A DNA stretch of 64,000 nt from the human T2T-CHM13v2.0 reference genome, Homo sapiens. The position numbers and the translations under genes are program-made. The notes under the pieces are model-generated. The model saw only the letters and a list, made by a program, of their open reading frames with translations, did no database searches and was not told the DNA's origin. Below, one piece after another: positions 28,426 to 42,504 of this stretch (positions are counted from its first letter, which is position 1; each line of letters opens with the position of its first letter). Location: NCBI RefSeq assembly GCF_009914755.1, contig NC_060948.1. One strand, 5' to 3'.

Positions 28426-31400
28426 CTCTAATGGAATGGATTCGAGTGGAATGGAATCGAATATAATGGAGTCGAATGAAATGGAATTGAAAGGAATGGG
28501 ATCGAATACAATGGAATATACTGGAATGTAACGTAATGAACTCGAATGTAATTGACTGGAATGGAATGTACATGAATGGAATGTAATCGAATGGAAAGTA
28601 ATCCAATGGAATAGAATCTAATGCAATAAAATCGACTCAGATAGAGTAGAATGTAATGGAATGGAGTGCAGTGCAATGGAATGGAATGGAATGGAATGCA
28701 ATGGAATGGAATGGGATGGAATGGTATGGAATGGATAGTAATGGACTGGAGTGAAATGGACTGGAAAGGAATGGACTCAAATTGAAAGGGCTCGAAAGGA
28801 ATGGAGACAAATGGAATGGTCTGGAATGGAATGAACACGAATGTAATGCAATCCAATAGAATGGAATCGAATGGCATGGAATATAAAGAAATGGAATCGA
28901 AGAGAATGGAAACAAATGGAATGGAATTGAATGGAATGGAATTGAATGGAATGGGAACGAATGGAGTGAAATTGTATGCAGTAGAAGAGAATAGAATGGA
29001 ATGCAAGCGAAAGGAAAGGAATGGATTGGAATGGAATGGAATTCATTGGAATGGAAGGGAATGTAGTGTAATGGACAGGCCTGGAATAAAGTGGAATGCT
29101 ACGGTCTCGAATGGAATAAAAATGTATGGAATGGAATGCAATGAAACGGAATCGAATGTCATAGAATGTAATGGAATGCAAAAAAATGGAATCCAAAATC
29201 ATTGACTGGAAAGGCTGGGTGTCGAAAGGAATTGACTCCAATGGAATGGAATCGAATGGAATGGAAGTGAATAGAATCGAACTAAATCGAATGGAATGGA
29301 ATTGATAGGAACGGAATGGAAAGGAATGCAATGATTTGGCATGGAATGGAATCGAATGGCATCGAATGGAATGGAATGGAATGCAATGGAATGGAATGTA
29401 TTAGAATGTAATGAACTTTAATGGAATGTACTCGAATGGATTCGACTGGAATGGAATGTTCTGGAAGTGAATGGACTCCAATGGAATGGATTCAAAAGGA
29501 ATGGAATCGTACGGAATGGAATCTAATGGAATGGAATTAAATGGAAATGAATCAAATTGAATAGCACAGAATTGAATTGAATGGAATGGAATGCAATGGA
29601 ATCTAATGAAACGGAAAGGAATGGAATGGAATAGAATGGGCTGGAATGGAAAGGAATCGAAACGAATGGAATGGAATCGAACTGAAGAGACTGGAATGGA
29701 ATGCACTGGAATGGAAGGGAGTGTAATGGAAGGTTCTCGAAAAAAATGGAATCGAATGGAATGGAATTGAATGGAACGGAATAGAGTCGAATGGAATTGA
29801 ATGGAATGGAATGGACTAGAGTGAAATGGAATCGAACCACAAGGAATGGACAGGAATAGAATGGTCTCGAATTGAATGGAATCGTATGGAATGGCATCAA
29901 ACGGAATGGAATGGACAGCCACGGAATGGAATGCACTCGAATGCAATGGAGTCGAAACTAATGGACTGGAATAGAATGGACTCGACTGGTACGGACTCCA
30001 ATGGAATGGAATCGAATGGAAGGGAATCGAACGGAATGGACTCGAAGGGAAAAGACTGCAATGGAAAGGTCTCGAATGGAATGGAAATTAATGGAATGGA
30101 ATGGAATCGAATGAAATGGAGTCAAAAGGAATGGAATCGAATGGCAAGAAATCGAATGTAATGGAATCGCAAGGAATTGATGTGAACGGAACGGAATGGA
30201 ATGGAATCCAAAGGAATGGAATAGAATGGAATGGAATCGAATGGAAAGGACTCGAATGGAAATCACTCGAATAGAATGCAATTTAATAAAATAGGATCAA
30301 ATGTAACAGAATGGAAAGGAAAGGAATCGAAACGGAAGGAATGGAGACAGTTGGAATGGAATGGAACAGAGAGCAATGGTATAGAATGGAATGGAATCAT
30401 GTGGAATGGAATTGAATGGAATGGAATGATATGAAATGGAATGGAATGGAATGGAATGGAATGCCCTTGAATTAAATGGACTGGACTCGAACAGAGTGGA
30501 ATGGAAAGTGTTGAGATAGAATGGAATGGACTCCTTTGGAATGGTGTAGTATGCAATGCAATCGACTGGCAGGGAATCAAAAGGAATGTAATCGAATGGA
30601 TTGGACTGGAATGCAATGGACTCGAATAGATTGGAAACGGAATGCAAAGGAATGGAATGGAATAGTATGGAATGCAATGGAAGGGAATGGAGTGGAATAG
30701 ACTAGAGTGGAATGGAATGGAATGGAAAGCAATGGACTGGAATGGAACTTTCTTGGATGGACTGGAATCAAACGGAATGGAATGCAATGCAATCAAATGG
30801 CATGGAATAAAATAGAATGAAAGAGAATCAAATGGAATTGAATCGAATGGAATCGAATGGATTGGAAAGGAATAGAATGGAATGGAATGGAATTGACTCA
30901 AATGGAATGGACTAGAATGGAATGGATTCGAATGGAAGGCAAAGGAATGGAATCTATTGGAATGGACTGTAATGGAATGGAATGGAAGGGATTGCAATGG
31001 ACTCGAATGGAATGGACTGCAATAGAAAGGATTCGAATGGAATGAAAAAGAATTGAATGGAATAGAACAGAATGGAATCAAATCGAATGAAATGGAATGG
31101 AATAGAAAGGAATGGAATGAAATGGAATGGAAAGGATTCGAATGGAATGCAATCGAATGGAATGGAATCGAACGGAATGGAATAAAATGGAAGAAAACTG
31201 GCAAGAAATGGAATCGAAAGGAATGGAGTGTTATGGAACGGACTCAAAAGGAATTGAATGTAATAGAATGGAGTGGAGTGGACTCGAATATAATGGACTG
31301 GAATGGAATGAAATCACATAGAATGGGAACGAATGGAATGGAATGGAAAGGAATGGAATCGAATGGAAAGGAATCGAATGGAAGGGAATGAAATTGAATC

Positions 31401-31944
31401 AACAGGAATGGAAGGGAATAGAATAGACTGTAATGGAATGGACTCGAATAGAATGGACACGAATGCTCAAATTAAATGGACTCGAATGGAATGGAAACGA
31501 AAGGAATGTCATCGAATGGAATTGAATCGATTGGAATGAAATCGCATAGAATGGAGTGGAATCAAATGGAATTGAATCGAAAGGAAAGGAAGCGAATGGA
31601 CTGAAATGAAATGGAATGGAATTGAATGGAAAGTAATGCAATGGAATAGACTGGAACGAAATTTCACGGAATGGAATCAAACTGAATGGAATCAAATCAA
31701 TGGAATCAAATCAAATGGAATGGAAAGGAATTGAATGGAGTAGATGGGATTGGATGGGATTGGAATGAAATGTACTGGAAAGGACTCGAATTTCATGAAA
31801 CGGAATGGAATGAATTGGAACGGAATGGACTCGAATGGAATGGAATGTCATGGAATGGCATCAAATGGAATGGCATCAAATGGAATGGAATCGAATGCAA
31901 TGGAATGCTATGGAATGGAATGGAATGCATTGGAATGGAATGTC
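28426..31944 (+). repeat. DYZ1 unit U9 (3,519 bp)
   Basis: Anchor to anchor. Near twin of U10. Confidence 0.9.
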
Positions 31945-34900
31945 CTCTAATGGAATGGATTCGAGTGGAATGGAATCGAATATAATGGAGTCGAATGAAA
32001 TGGAATTGAAAGGAATGGGATCGAATACAATGGAATATACTGGAATGTAACGTAATGAACTCGAATGTAATTGACTGGAATGGAATGTACATGAATGGAA
32101 TGTAATCGAATGGAAAGTAATCCAATGGAATAGAATCTAATGCAATAAAATCGACTCAGATAGAGTAGAATGTAATGGAATGGAGTGCAGTGCAATGGAA
32201 TGGAATGGAATGGAATGCAATGGAATGGAATGGGATGGAATGGTATGGAATGGATAGTAATGGACTGGAGTGAAATGGACTGGAAAGGAATGGACTCAAA
32301 TTGAAAGGGCTCGAAAGGAATGGAGACAAATGGAATGGTCTGGAATGGAATGAACACGAATGTAATGCAATCCAATAGAATGGAATCGAATGGCATGGAA
32401 TATAAAGAAATGGAATCGAAGAGAATGGAAACAAATGGAATGGAATTGAATGGAATGGAATTGAATGGAATGGGAACGAATGGAGTGAAATTGTATGCAG
32501 TAGAAGAGAATAGAATGGAATGCAAGCGAAAGGAAAGGAATGGATTGGAATGGAATGGAATTCATTGGAATGGAAGGGAATGTAGTGTAATGGACAGGCC
32601 TGGAATAAAGTGGAATGCTACGGTCTCGAATGGAATAAAAATGTATGGAATGGAATGCAATGAAACGGAATCGAATGTCATAGAATGTAATGGAATGCAA
32701 AAAAATGGACTCCAAAATCATTGACTGGAAAGGCTGGGTGTCGAAAGGAATTGACTCCAATGGAATGGAATCGAATGGAATGGAAGTGAATAGAATCGAA
32801 CTAAATCGAATGGAATGGAATTGATAGGAACGGAATGGAAAGGAATGCAATGATTTGGCATGGAATGGAATCGAATGGCATCGAATGGAATGGAATGGAA
32901 TGCAATGGAATGGAATGTATTAGAATGTAATGAACTTTAATGGAATGTACTCGAATGGATTCGACTGGAATGGAATGTTCTGGAAGTGAATGGACTCCAA
33001 TGGAATGGATTCAAAAGGAATGGAATCGTACGGAATGGAATCTAATGGAATGGAATTAAATGGAAATGAATCAAATTGAATAGCACGGAATTGAATTGAA
33101 TGGAATGGAATGCAATGGAATCTAATGAAACGGAAAGGAATGGAATGGAATAGAATGGGCTGGAATGGAAAGGAATCGAAACGAATGGAATGGAATCGAA
33201 CTGAGGAGACTGGAATGGAATGCACTGGAATGGAAGGGAGTGTAATGGAAGGTTCTCGAAAAAAATGGAATCGAATGGAATGGAATTGAATGGAACGGAA
33301 TAGAGTCGGATGGAATTGAATGGAATGGAATGGACTAGAGTGAAATGAAATCGAACCACAAGGAATGGACAGGAATAGAATGGTCTCGAATTGAATGGAA
33401 TCGTATGGAATGGCATCAAACGGAATGGAATGGACAGCCACGGAATGGAATGCACTCGAATGCAATGGAGTCGAAACTAATGGACTGGAATAGAATGGAC
33501 TCGACTGGTACGGACTCCAATGGAATGGAATCGAATGGAAGGGAATCGAACGGAATGGACTCGAAGGGAAAAGACTGCAATGGAAAGGTCTCGAATGGAA
33601 TGGAAATTAATGGAATGGAATGGAATCGAATGAAATGGAGTCAAAAGGAATGGAATCGAATGGCAAGAAATCGAATGTAATGGAATCGCAAGGAATTGAT
33701 GTGAACGGAACGGAATGGAATGGAATCCAAAGGAATGGAATAGAATGGAATGGAATCGAATGGAAAGGACTCGAATGGAAATCACTCGAATAGAATGCAA
33801 TTTAATAAAATAGGATCAAATGTAACAGAATGGAAAGGAAAGGAATCGAAACGGAAGGAATGGAGACAGTTGGAATGGAATGGAACAGAGAGCAATGGTA
33901 TAGAATGGAATGGAATCATGTGGAATGGAATTGAATGGAATGGAATGATATGAAATGGAATGGAACGGAATGGAATGGAATGCCCTTGAATTAAATGGAC
34001 TGGACTCGAACAGAGTGGAATGGAAAGTGTTGAGATAGAATGGAATGGACTCCTTTGGAATGGTGTAGTATGCAATGCAATCGACTGGCAGGGAATCAAA
34101 AGGAATGTAATCGAATGGATTGGACTGGAATGCAATGGACTCGAATAGATTGGAAACGGAATGCAAAGGAATGGAATGGAATAGTATGGAATGCAATGGA
34201 AGGGAATGGAGTGGAATAGACTAGAGTGGAATGGAATGGACTGGAAAGCAATGGACTGGAATGGAACTTTCTTGGATGGACTGGAATCAAACGGAATGGA
34301 ATGCAATGCAATCAAATGGCATGGAATAAAATAGAATGAAAGAGAATCAAATGGAATTGAATCGAATGGAATCGAATGGATTGGAAAGGAATAGAATGGA
34401 ATGGAATGGAATTGCCTCAAATGGAATGGACTAGAATGGAATGGATTCGAATGGAAGGCAAAGGAATGGAATCTATTGGAATGGACTGTAATGGAATGGA
34501 ATGGAAGGGATTGGAATGGACTCGAATGGAATGGACTGCAATAGAAAGGATTCGAATGGAATGAAAAAGAATTGAATGGAATAGAACAGAATGGAATCAA
34601 ATCGAATGAAATGGAATGGAATAGAAAGGAATGGAATGAAATGGAATGGAAAGGATTCGAATGGAATGCAATCGAATGGAATGGAATCGAACGGAATGGA
34701 ATAAAATGGAAGAAAACTGGCAAGAAATGGAATCGAAAGGAATGGAGTGTTATGGAACGGACTCAAAAGGAATTGAATGTAATAGAATGGAGTGGAGTGG
34801 ACTCGAATATAATGGACTGGAATGGAATGAAATCACATAGAATGGGAACGAATGGAATGGAATGGAAAGGAATGGAATCGAATGGAAAGGAATCGAATGG

Positions 34901-35448
34901 AAGGGAATGAAATTGAATCAACAGGAATGGAAGGGAATAGAATAGACTGTAATGGAATGGACTCGAATAGAATGGACACGAATGCTCAAATTAAATGGAC
35001 TCGAATGGAATGGAAACGAAAGGAATGTCATCGAATGGAATTGAATCGATTGGAATGAAATCGCATAGAATGGAGTGGAATCAAATGGAATTGAATCGAA
35101 AGGAAAGGAAGCGAATGGACTGAAATGAAATGGAATGGAATTGAATGGAAAGTAATGCGATGGAATAGAATGGAACGAAATTTCACGGAATGGAATCAAA
35201 CTGAATGGAATCAAATCAATGGAATCAAATCAAATGGAATGGAAAGGAATTGAATGGAGTAGATGGGATTGGATGTGATTGGAATGAAATGTACTGGAAA
35301 GGACTCGAATTTCATGAAACGGAATGGAATGAATTGGAACGGAATGGACTCGAATGGAATGGAATGTCATGGAATGGCATCAAATGGAATGGAATCGAAA
35401 GCAATGGAATGCTATGGAATGGAATGGAATGCATTGGAATGGAATGTC
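31945..35448 (+). repeat. DYZ1 unit U10 (3,504 bp)
   Basis: Anchor to anchor. Lacks one GGCATCAAATGGAAT copy near 35380. Confidence 0.9.
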
Positions 35449-38400
35449 CTCTAATGGAATGGATTCGAGTGGAATGGAATTGAATATAATGGAGTCGAAT
35501 GAAATGGAATTGAAAGGAATGGGATCGAATACAATGGAATATACTGGAATGTAACGTAATGAACTCGAATGTAATTGACTGGAATGGAATGTACATGAAT
35601 GGAATGTAATCGAATGGAAAGTAATCCAATGGAATAGAATCTAATGCAATAAAATCGACTCAGATAGAGTAGAATGTAAAGGAATGGAGTGCAGTGCAAT
35701 GGAATGGAATGGAATGCAATGGAATGCAATGGAATGGAATGGAATGGAATGGAATGTGATGGAATGGTATGGAATGGATAGTAGTGGACTGGAGTGAAAT
35801 GGGCTGGAAAGGAATGGACTCAAATTGAAAGGGCTCGAAAGGAATGGAGACAAATGGAATGGTCTGGAATGGAATGAACACGAATGTAATGCAATCCAAT
35901 AGAATGGAGTCGAATGGCATGGAATATAAAGAAATGGAATCGAAGAGAATGGAAACAAATGGAATGGAATTGAATGGAATGGAATTGAATGTAATGGGAA
36001 CGAATGGAGTGAAATTGTATGCAGTAGAAGAGAATAGAATGGAATGCAAGGAAAGGAAAGGAATGGATTGGAATGGAATGGAATTCATTGGAATGGAAGG
36101 GAATGTAGTGTAATGGACAGGCCTGGAATAAAGTGGAATGCTACGGTCTCGAATGGAATAAAAATGTATGGAATGGAATGCAATGAAACAGAATCAAATG
36201 TCATAGAATGTAATGGAATGCAAAAAAATGGAATCCAAAATCATTGACTGGAAAGGCTGGGTGTCGAAAGGAATTGACTCCAATGGAATGGAATCGAATG
36301 GAATGGAAGTGAATAGAATCGAACTAAATCGAATGGAATGGAATTGATAGGAACGGAATGGAAAGGAATGCAATGATTTGGCATGGAATGGAATCGAATG
36401 GCATCGAATGGAATGGAATGGAATGCAATGGAATGGAATGTATTAGAATATAATGAACTTTAATGGAATGTACTCGAATGGATTCGACTGGAATGGAATG
36501 TTCTGGAAGTGAATGGACTCCAATGGAATGGATTCCAAAGGAATGGAATCGTACGGAATGGAATCTAATGGAATGGAATTAAATGGAAATGAATCAAATT
36601 GAATAGCACGGAATTGAATTGAATGGAATGGAATGCAATGGAATCTAATGAAACGGAAAGGAAAGGAATGGAATGGAATGGAATGGGCTGGAATGGAAAG
36701 GAATCGAAACGAATGGAATGGAATCGAACTGAAGAGACTGGAATGGAATGCACTGGAATGGAAGGGAGTGTAATGGAAGGTTCTCGAAAAAAATGGAATC
36801 GAATGGAATGGAATTGAATGGAACGGAATAGAGTCGAATGGAATTGAATGGAATGGAATGGACTAGAGTGAAATGGAATCGAACCACAAGGAATGGACAG
36901 GAAAAGAATGGTCTCGAATTGAATGGAATCGTATGGAATGGCATCAAACGGAATGGAATGGACAGCCACGGAATGGAATGCACTCGAATGCAATGGAGTC
37001 GAAACTAATGGACTGGAATAGAATGGACTCGACTGGTACGGACTCCAATGGAATGGAATCGAATGGAAGGGAATCGAACGGAATGGACTCGAAGGGAAAA
37101 GACTGCAATGGAAAGGTCTCGAATGGAATGGAAATTAATGGAATGGAATGGAATCGAATGAAATGGAGTCAAAAGGAATGGAATCGAATGGCAAGAAATC
37201 GAATGTAATGGAATCGCAAGGAATTGATGTGAACGGAACGGAATGGAATGGAATCCAAAGGAATGGAATAGAATGGAATGGAATCGAATGGAAAGGACTC
37301 GAATGGAAATCACTCGAATAGAATGCAATTTAATAAAATAGGATCAAATGTAATGGAATGGAATGGAAAGGAATCGAAACGAAAGGAATGGAGACAGATG
37401 GAATGGAATGGAACAGAGAGCAATGGTATAGAATGGAATGGAATCATCTGGAATGGAATTGAATGGAATGGAATAATATGAAATGGAATGGAATGGAATG
37501 GAATGGAATGCCCTTGAATTAAATGGACTGGACTCGAGCAGAGTGGAATGGAAAGTGTTGAGATAGAATGGAATGGACTCCTTTGGAATGGTGTAGTATG
37601 CAATGCAATCGACTGGCAGGGAATCAAAAGGAATGTAATCGAATGGATTGGACTGGAATGCAATGGACTCGAATAGATTGGAAACGGAATGCAAAGGAAT
37701 GGAATGGAATAGTATGGAATGGAATGGAAAGGAATGGAGTGGAATAGACTAGAGTGGAATGGAATGGACTGGAAAGCAATGGACTGGAATGGAACATTCT
37801 TGAATGGACTGGAATCAAACGGAATGGAATGCAATGCAATCAAATGGCATGGAATAAAATAGAATGAAAGAGAATCAAATGGAATTGAATCGAATGGAAT
37901 CGAATGGATTGGAAAGGAATAGAATGGAATGGAATGGAATTGACTCAAATGGAATGGACTAGAATGGAATGGATTCGAATGGAAGGCAAAGGAATGGAAT
38001 CTATTGGAATGGACTGTAATGGAATGGAATGGAAACGATTGGAATGGACTCGAATGGAATGGACTGCAATAGAAAGGATTCGAATGGAATGAAAAAGAAT
38101 TGAATGGAATAGAACAGAATGGAATCAAATCGAATGAAATGGAATGGAATAGAAAGGAATGGAATGAAATGGAATGGAAAGGATGCGAATGGAATGTAAT
38201 CGAATGGAATGGAATCGAACGGAATGGAATAAAATGGAAGAAAACTGGCAAGAAATGGAATCGAAATGAATGGAGTGTTATGGAACGGACTCAAAAGGAA
38301 TTGAATGTAATAGAATGGAGTGGAGTGGACTCGAATATAATGGACTGGAATGGAATGAAATCACATGGAATGGGAACGAATGGAATGGAATGGAAAGGAA

Positions 38401-38991
38401 TGGAATCGAATGGAAAGGAATCGAATGGAAGGGAATGAAACTGAATCAACAGGAATGGAAGGGAATAGAATAGACGGTAATGGAATGGACTCGAATAGAA
38501 TGGACACGAATGCTCAAATTGAATGGACTCGAATGGAATGGAAACGAAAGGAATGTCATCGAATGGAATTGAATCGATTGGAATGAAATCGCATAGAATG
38601 GAGTGGAATCAAATGGAATTGAATCGAAAGGAAAGGAAGCGAATGGACTGAAATGAAATGGAATGGAATTGAATGGAAAGTAATGCAATGGAATAGACTG
38701 GAACGAAATTTCACGGAATGGAATCAAACTGAATGGAATCAAATCAATGGAATCAAATCAAATGGAATGGAAAGGAATTGAATGGAGTAGATGGGATTGG
38801 ATGGGATTGGAATGAAATGTACTGGAAAGGACTCGAATTTCATGAAACGGAATGGAATGAATTGGAACGGAATGGACTCGAATGGAATGGAATGTCATGG
38901 AATGGCATCAAATGGAATGGCATCAAATGGAATGGAATCGAATGCAATGGAATGCTATGGAATGGAATGGAATGCATTGGAATGGAATGTC
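35449..38991 (+). repeat. DYZ1 unit U11 (3,543 bp)
   Basis: Anchor to anchor. 1-bp deletion at ~36050. Confidence 0.9.
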
Positions 38992-41900
38992 CTCTAATGG
39001 AATGGATTCGAGTGGAATGGAATCGAATATAATGGAGTCGAATGAAATGGAATTGAAAGGAATGGGATCGAATACAATGGAATATACTGGAATGTAACGT
39101 AATGAACTCGAATGTAATTGACTGGAATGGAATGTACATGAATGGAATGTAATCGAATGGAAAGTAATCCAATGGAATAGAATCTAATGCAATAAAATCG
39201 ACTCAGATAGAGTAGAATGTAATGGAATGGAGTGCAGTGCAATGGAATGGAATGGAATGGAATGCAATGGAATGGAATGGGATGGAATGGTATGGAATGG
39301 ATAGTAATGGACTGGAGTGAAATGGACTGGAAACGAATGGACTCAAATTGAAAGGGCTCGAAAGGAATGGAGACAAATGGAATGGTCTGGAATGGAATGA
39401 ACACGAATGTAATGCAACCCAATAGAATGGAATCGAATGGCATGGAATATAAAGAAATGGAATCGAAGAGAATGGAAACAAATGGAATGGAATTGAATGG
39501 AATGGAATTGAATGGAATGGGAACGAATGGAGTGAAATTGTATGCAGTAGAAGAGAATAGAATGGAATGCAAGCGAAAGGAAAGGAATGGATTGGAATGG
39601 AATGGAATTCATTGGAATGGAAGGGAATGTAGTGTAATGGACAGGCCTGGAATAAAGTGGAATGCTACGGTCTCGAATGGAATAAAAATGTATGGAATGG
39701 AATGCAATGAAACGGAATCGAATGTCATAGAATGTAATGGAATGCAAAAAAATGGAATCCAAAATCATTGACTGGAAAGGCTGGGTGTCGAAAGGAATTG
39801 ACTCCAATGGAATGGAATCGAATGGAATGGAAGTGAATAGAATCGAACTAAATCGAATGGAATGGAATTGATAGGAACGGAATGGAAAGGAATGCAATCA
39901 TTTGGCATGGAATGGAATCGAATGGCATCGAATGGAATGGAATGGAATGCAATGGAATGGAATGTATTAGAATGTAATGAACTTTAATGGAATGTACTCG
40001 AATGGATTCGACTGGAATGGAATGTTCTGGAAGTAAATGGACTCCAATGGAATGGATTCAAAAGGAATGGAATAGTACGGAATGGAATCTAATGGAATGG
40101 AATTAAATGGAAATGAATCAAATTGAATAGCACGGAATTGAATTGAATGGAATGGAATGCAATGGAATCTAATGAAACGGAAAGGAAAGAATGGAATGGA
40201 ATGGAATGGGCTGGAATGGAAAGGAATCGAAACGAATGGAATGGAATCGAACTGAAGAGACTGGAATGGAATGCACTAGAATGGAAGGGAGTGTAATGGA
40301 AGGTTTTCGAAAAAAATGGAATCGAATGGAATGCAATTGAATGGAACGGAATAGAGTCGAATGCAATTGAATGGAATGGAATGGACTAGAGTGAAATGGA
40401 AACGAACCACAAGGAATGGACAGGAATAGAATGGTCTCGAATTGAATGGAATCGTATGGAATGGCATCAAACGGAATGGAATGGACAGCCACGGAATGGA
40501 ATGCACTCGAATGCAATGGAGTCGAAACTAATGGACTGGAATAGAATGGACTCGACTGGTACGGACTCCAATGGAATGGAATCGAATGGAAGGGAATCGA
40601 ACGGAATGGACTCGAAGGGAAAAGACAGCAATGGAAAGGTCTCGAATGGAATGGAAATTAATGGAATGGAATGGAATCGAATGAAATGGAGGCAAAAGGA
40701 ATGGAATCGAATGGCAAGAAATCGAATGTAATGGAATCGCAAGGAATTGATGTGAACGGAACGGAATGGAATGGAATCCAAAGGAATGGAATAGAATGGA
40801 ATGGAATCGAATGCAAAGGACTCGAATGGAAATCACTCGAATAGAATGCAATTTAATAAAATAGGATCAAATGTAATGGAATGGAATGGAAAGGAATCGA
40901 AACGAAAGGAATGGAGACAGATGGAATGGAATGGAACAGAGAGCAATGGTATAGAATGGAATGGAATCATCTAGAATGTAATTGAATGGAATGGAATAAT
41001 ATGAAATGGAATGGAATGGAATGGAATGCCCTTGAATTAAATGGACTGGAATGGAATGGACTCGAACAGAGTGGAATGGAAAGTGTTGAAATAGAATGGA
41101 ATGGACTCCTCTGGAATGGTGTAGTATGCAATGCAATCGACTGGCAGGGAATCAAAAGGAATGTAATCGAATGGATTGGACTGGAATGCAATGGACTCGA
41201 ATAGATTGGAAACGGAATGCAAAGGAATGGAATGGAATAGTATGGAATGGAATGGAAAGGAATGGAGTGGAATAGACTAGAGTGGAATGGAATGGACTCG
41301 AAAGCAATGGACTGGAATGGAACTTTCTTGAATGGACTGGAACCAAACGGAATGGAATGCAATGCAATCAAATGGCATGGAATAAGATAGAATGAAAGAG
41401 AATCAAATGGAATTGAATCGAATGGAATCGAATGGATTGGAAAGGAATAGAATGGAATGGAATGGAATTGACTCAAATGGAATGGACTAGAATGGAATGG
41501 ATTCGAATGGAAGGCAAAGGAATGGAATCTATTGGAATGGACTGTAATGGAATGCAATGGAAGGGATTGGAATGGACTCGAATGGAATGGACTGCAATAG
41601 AAAGGATTCGAATGGAATGAAAAAGAATTGAATGGAATAGAACAGAATGGAATCAAATCGAATGAAATGGAATGGAATAGAAAGGAATGGAATGAAATGG
41701 AATGGAAAGGATTCGAATGGAATGGAATCGAACGGAATGGAATAAAATGGAAGAAAACTGGCAAGAAATGGAATCGAAATGAATGGAGTGTTATGGAATG
41801 GACTCAAAAGGAATTGAATGTAATAGAATGGAGTGGAGTGGACTCGAATATAATGGATTGGAATGGAATGAAATCACATGGAAAGGGAACGAATGGAATG

Positions 41901-42504
41901 GAATGGAAAGGAATGGAATTGAATGGAAAGGAATCGAACGGAAGGGAATGAAATTGAATCAACAGGAATGGAAGGGAATAGAATAGACGGTAATGGAATG
42001 GACTCGAATAGAATGGACACGAATGCTCAAATTGAATGGACTCGAATGAAATGGATACGAAAGGAATGTCATCGAATGGAATTGAATCGATTGGAATGAA
42101 ATCGCATAGAATGGAGTGGAATCAAATGGAATTGAATCGAAAGGAAAGGAAGCGAATGGACTGAAATGAAATGGAATGGAATTGAATGGAAAGTAATGCA
42201 ATGGAATAGAATGGAACGAAATTTCACGGTATGGAATCAAACTGAATGGAATCAAATCAATGGAATCAAATCAAATGGAATGGAAAGGAATTGAATGGAG
42301 TAGATGGGATTGGATGGGATTGGAATGAAATGTACTGGAAAGGACTCGAATTTCATGAAACGGAATGGAATGAATTGGAACGGAATGGACACGAATGGAA
42401 TGGAATGTCATGGAATGGCATCAAATGGAATGGCATCAAATGGAATGGAATCGAATGCAATGGAATGCTATGGAATGGAATGGAATGCATTGGAATGGAA
42501 TGTC
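38992..42504 (+). repeat. DYZ1 unit U12 (3,513 bp), diverged
   Basis: Anchor to anchor. Many private substitutions after ~39.9 kb. Confidence 0.9.
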
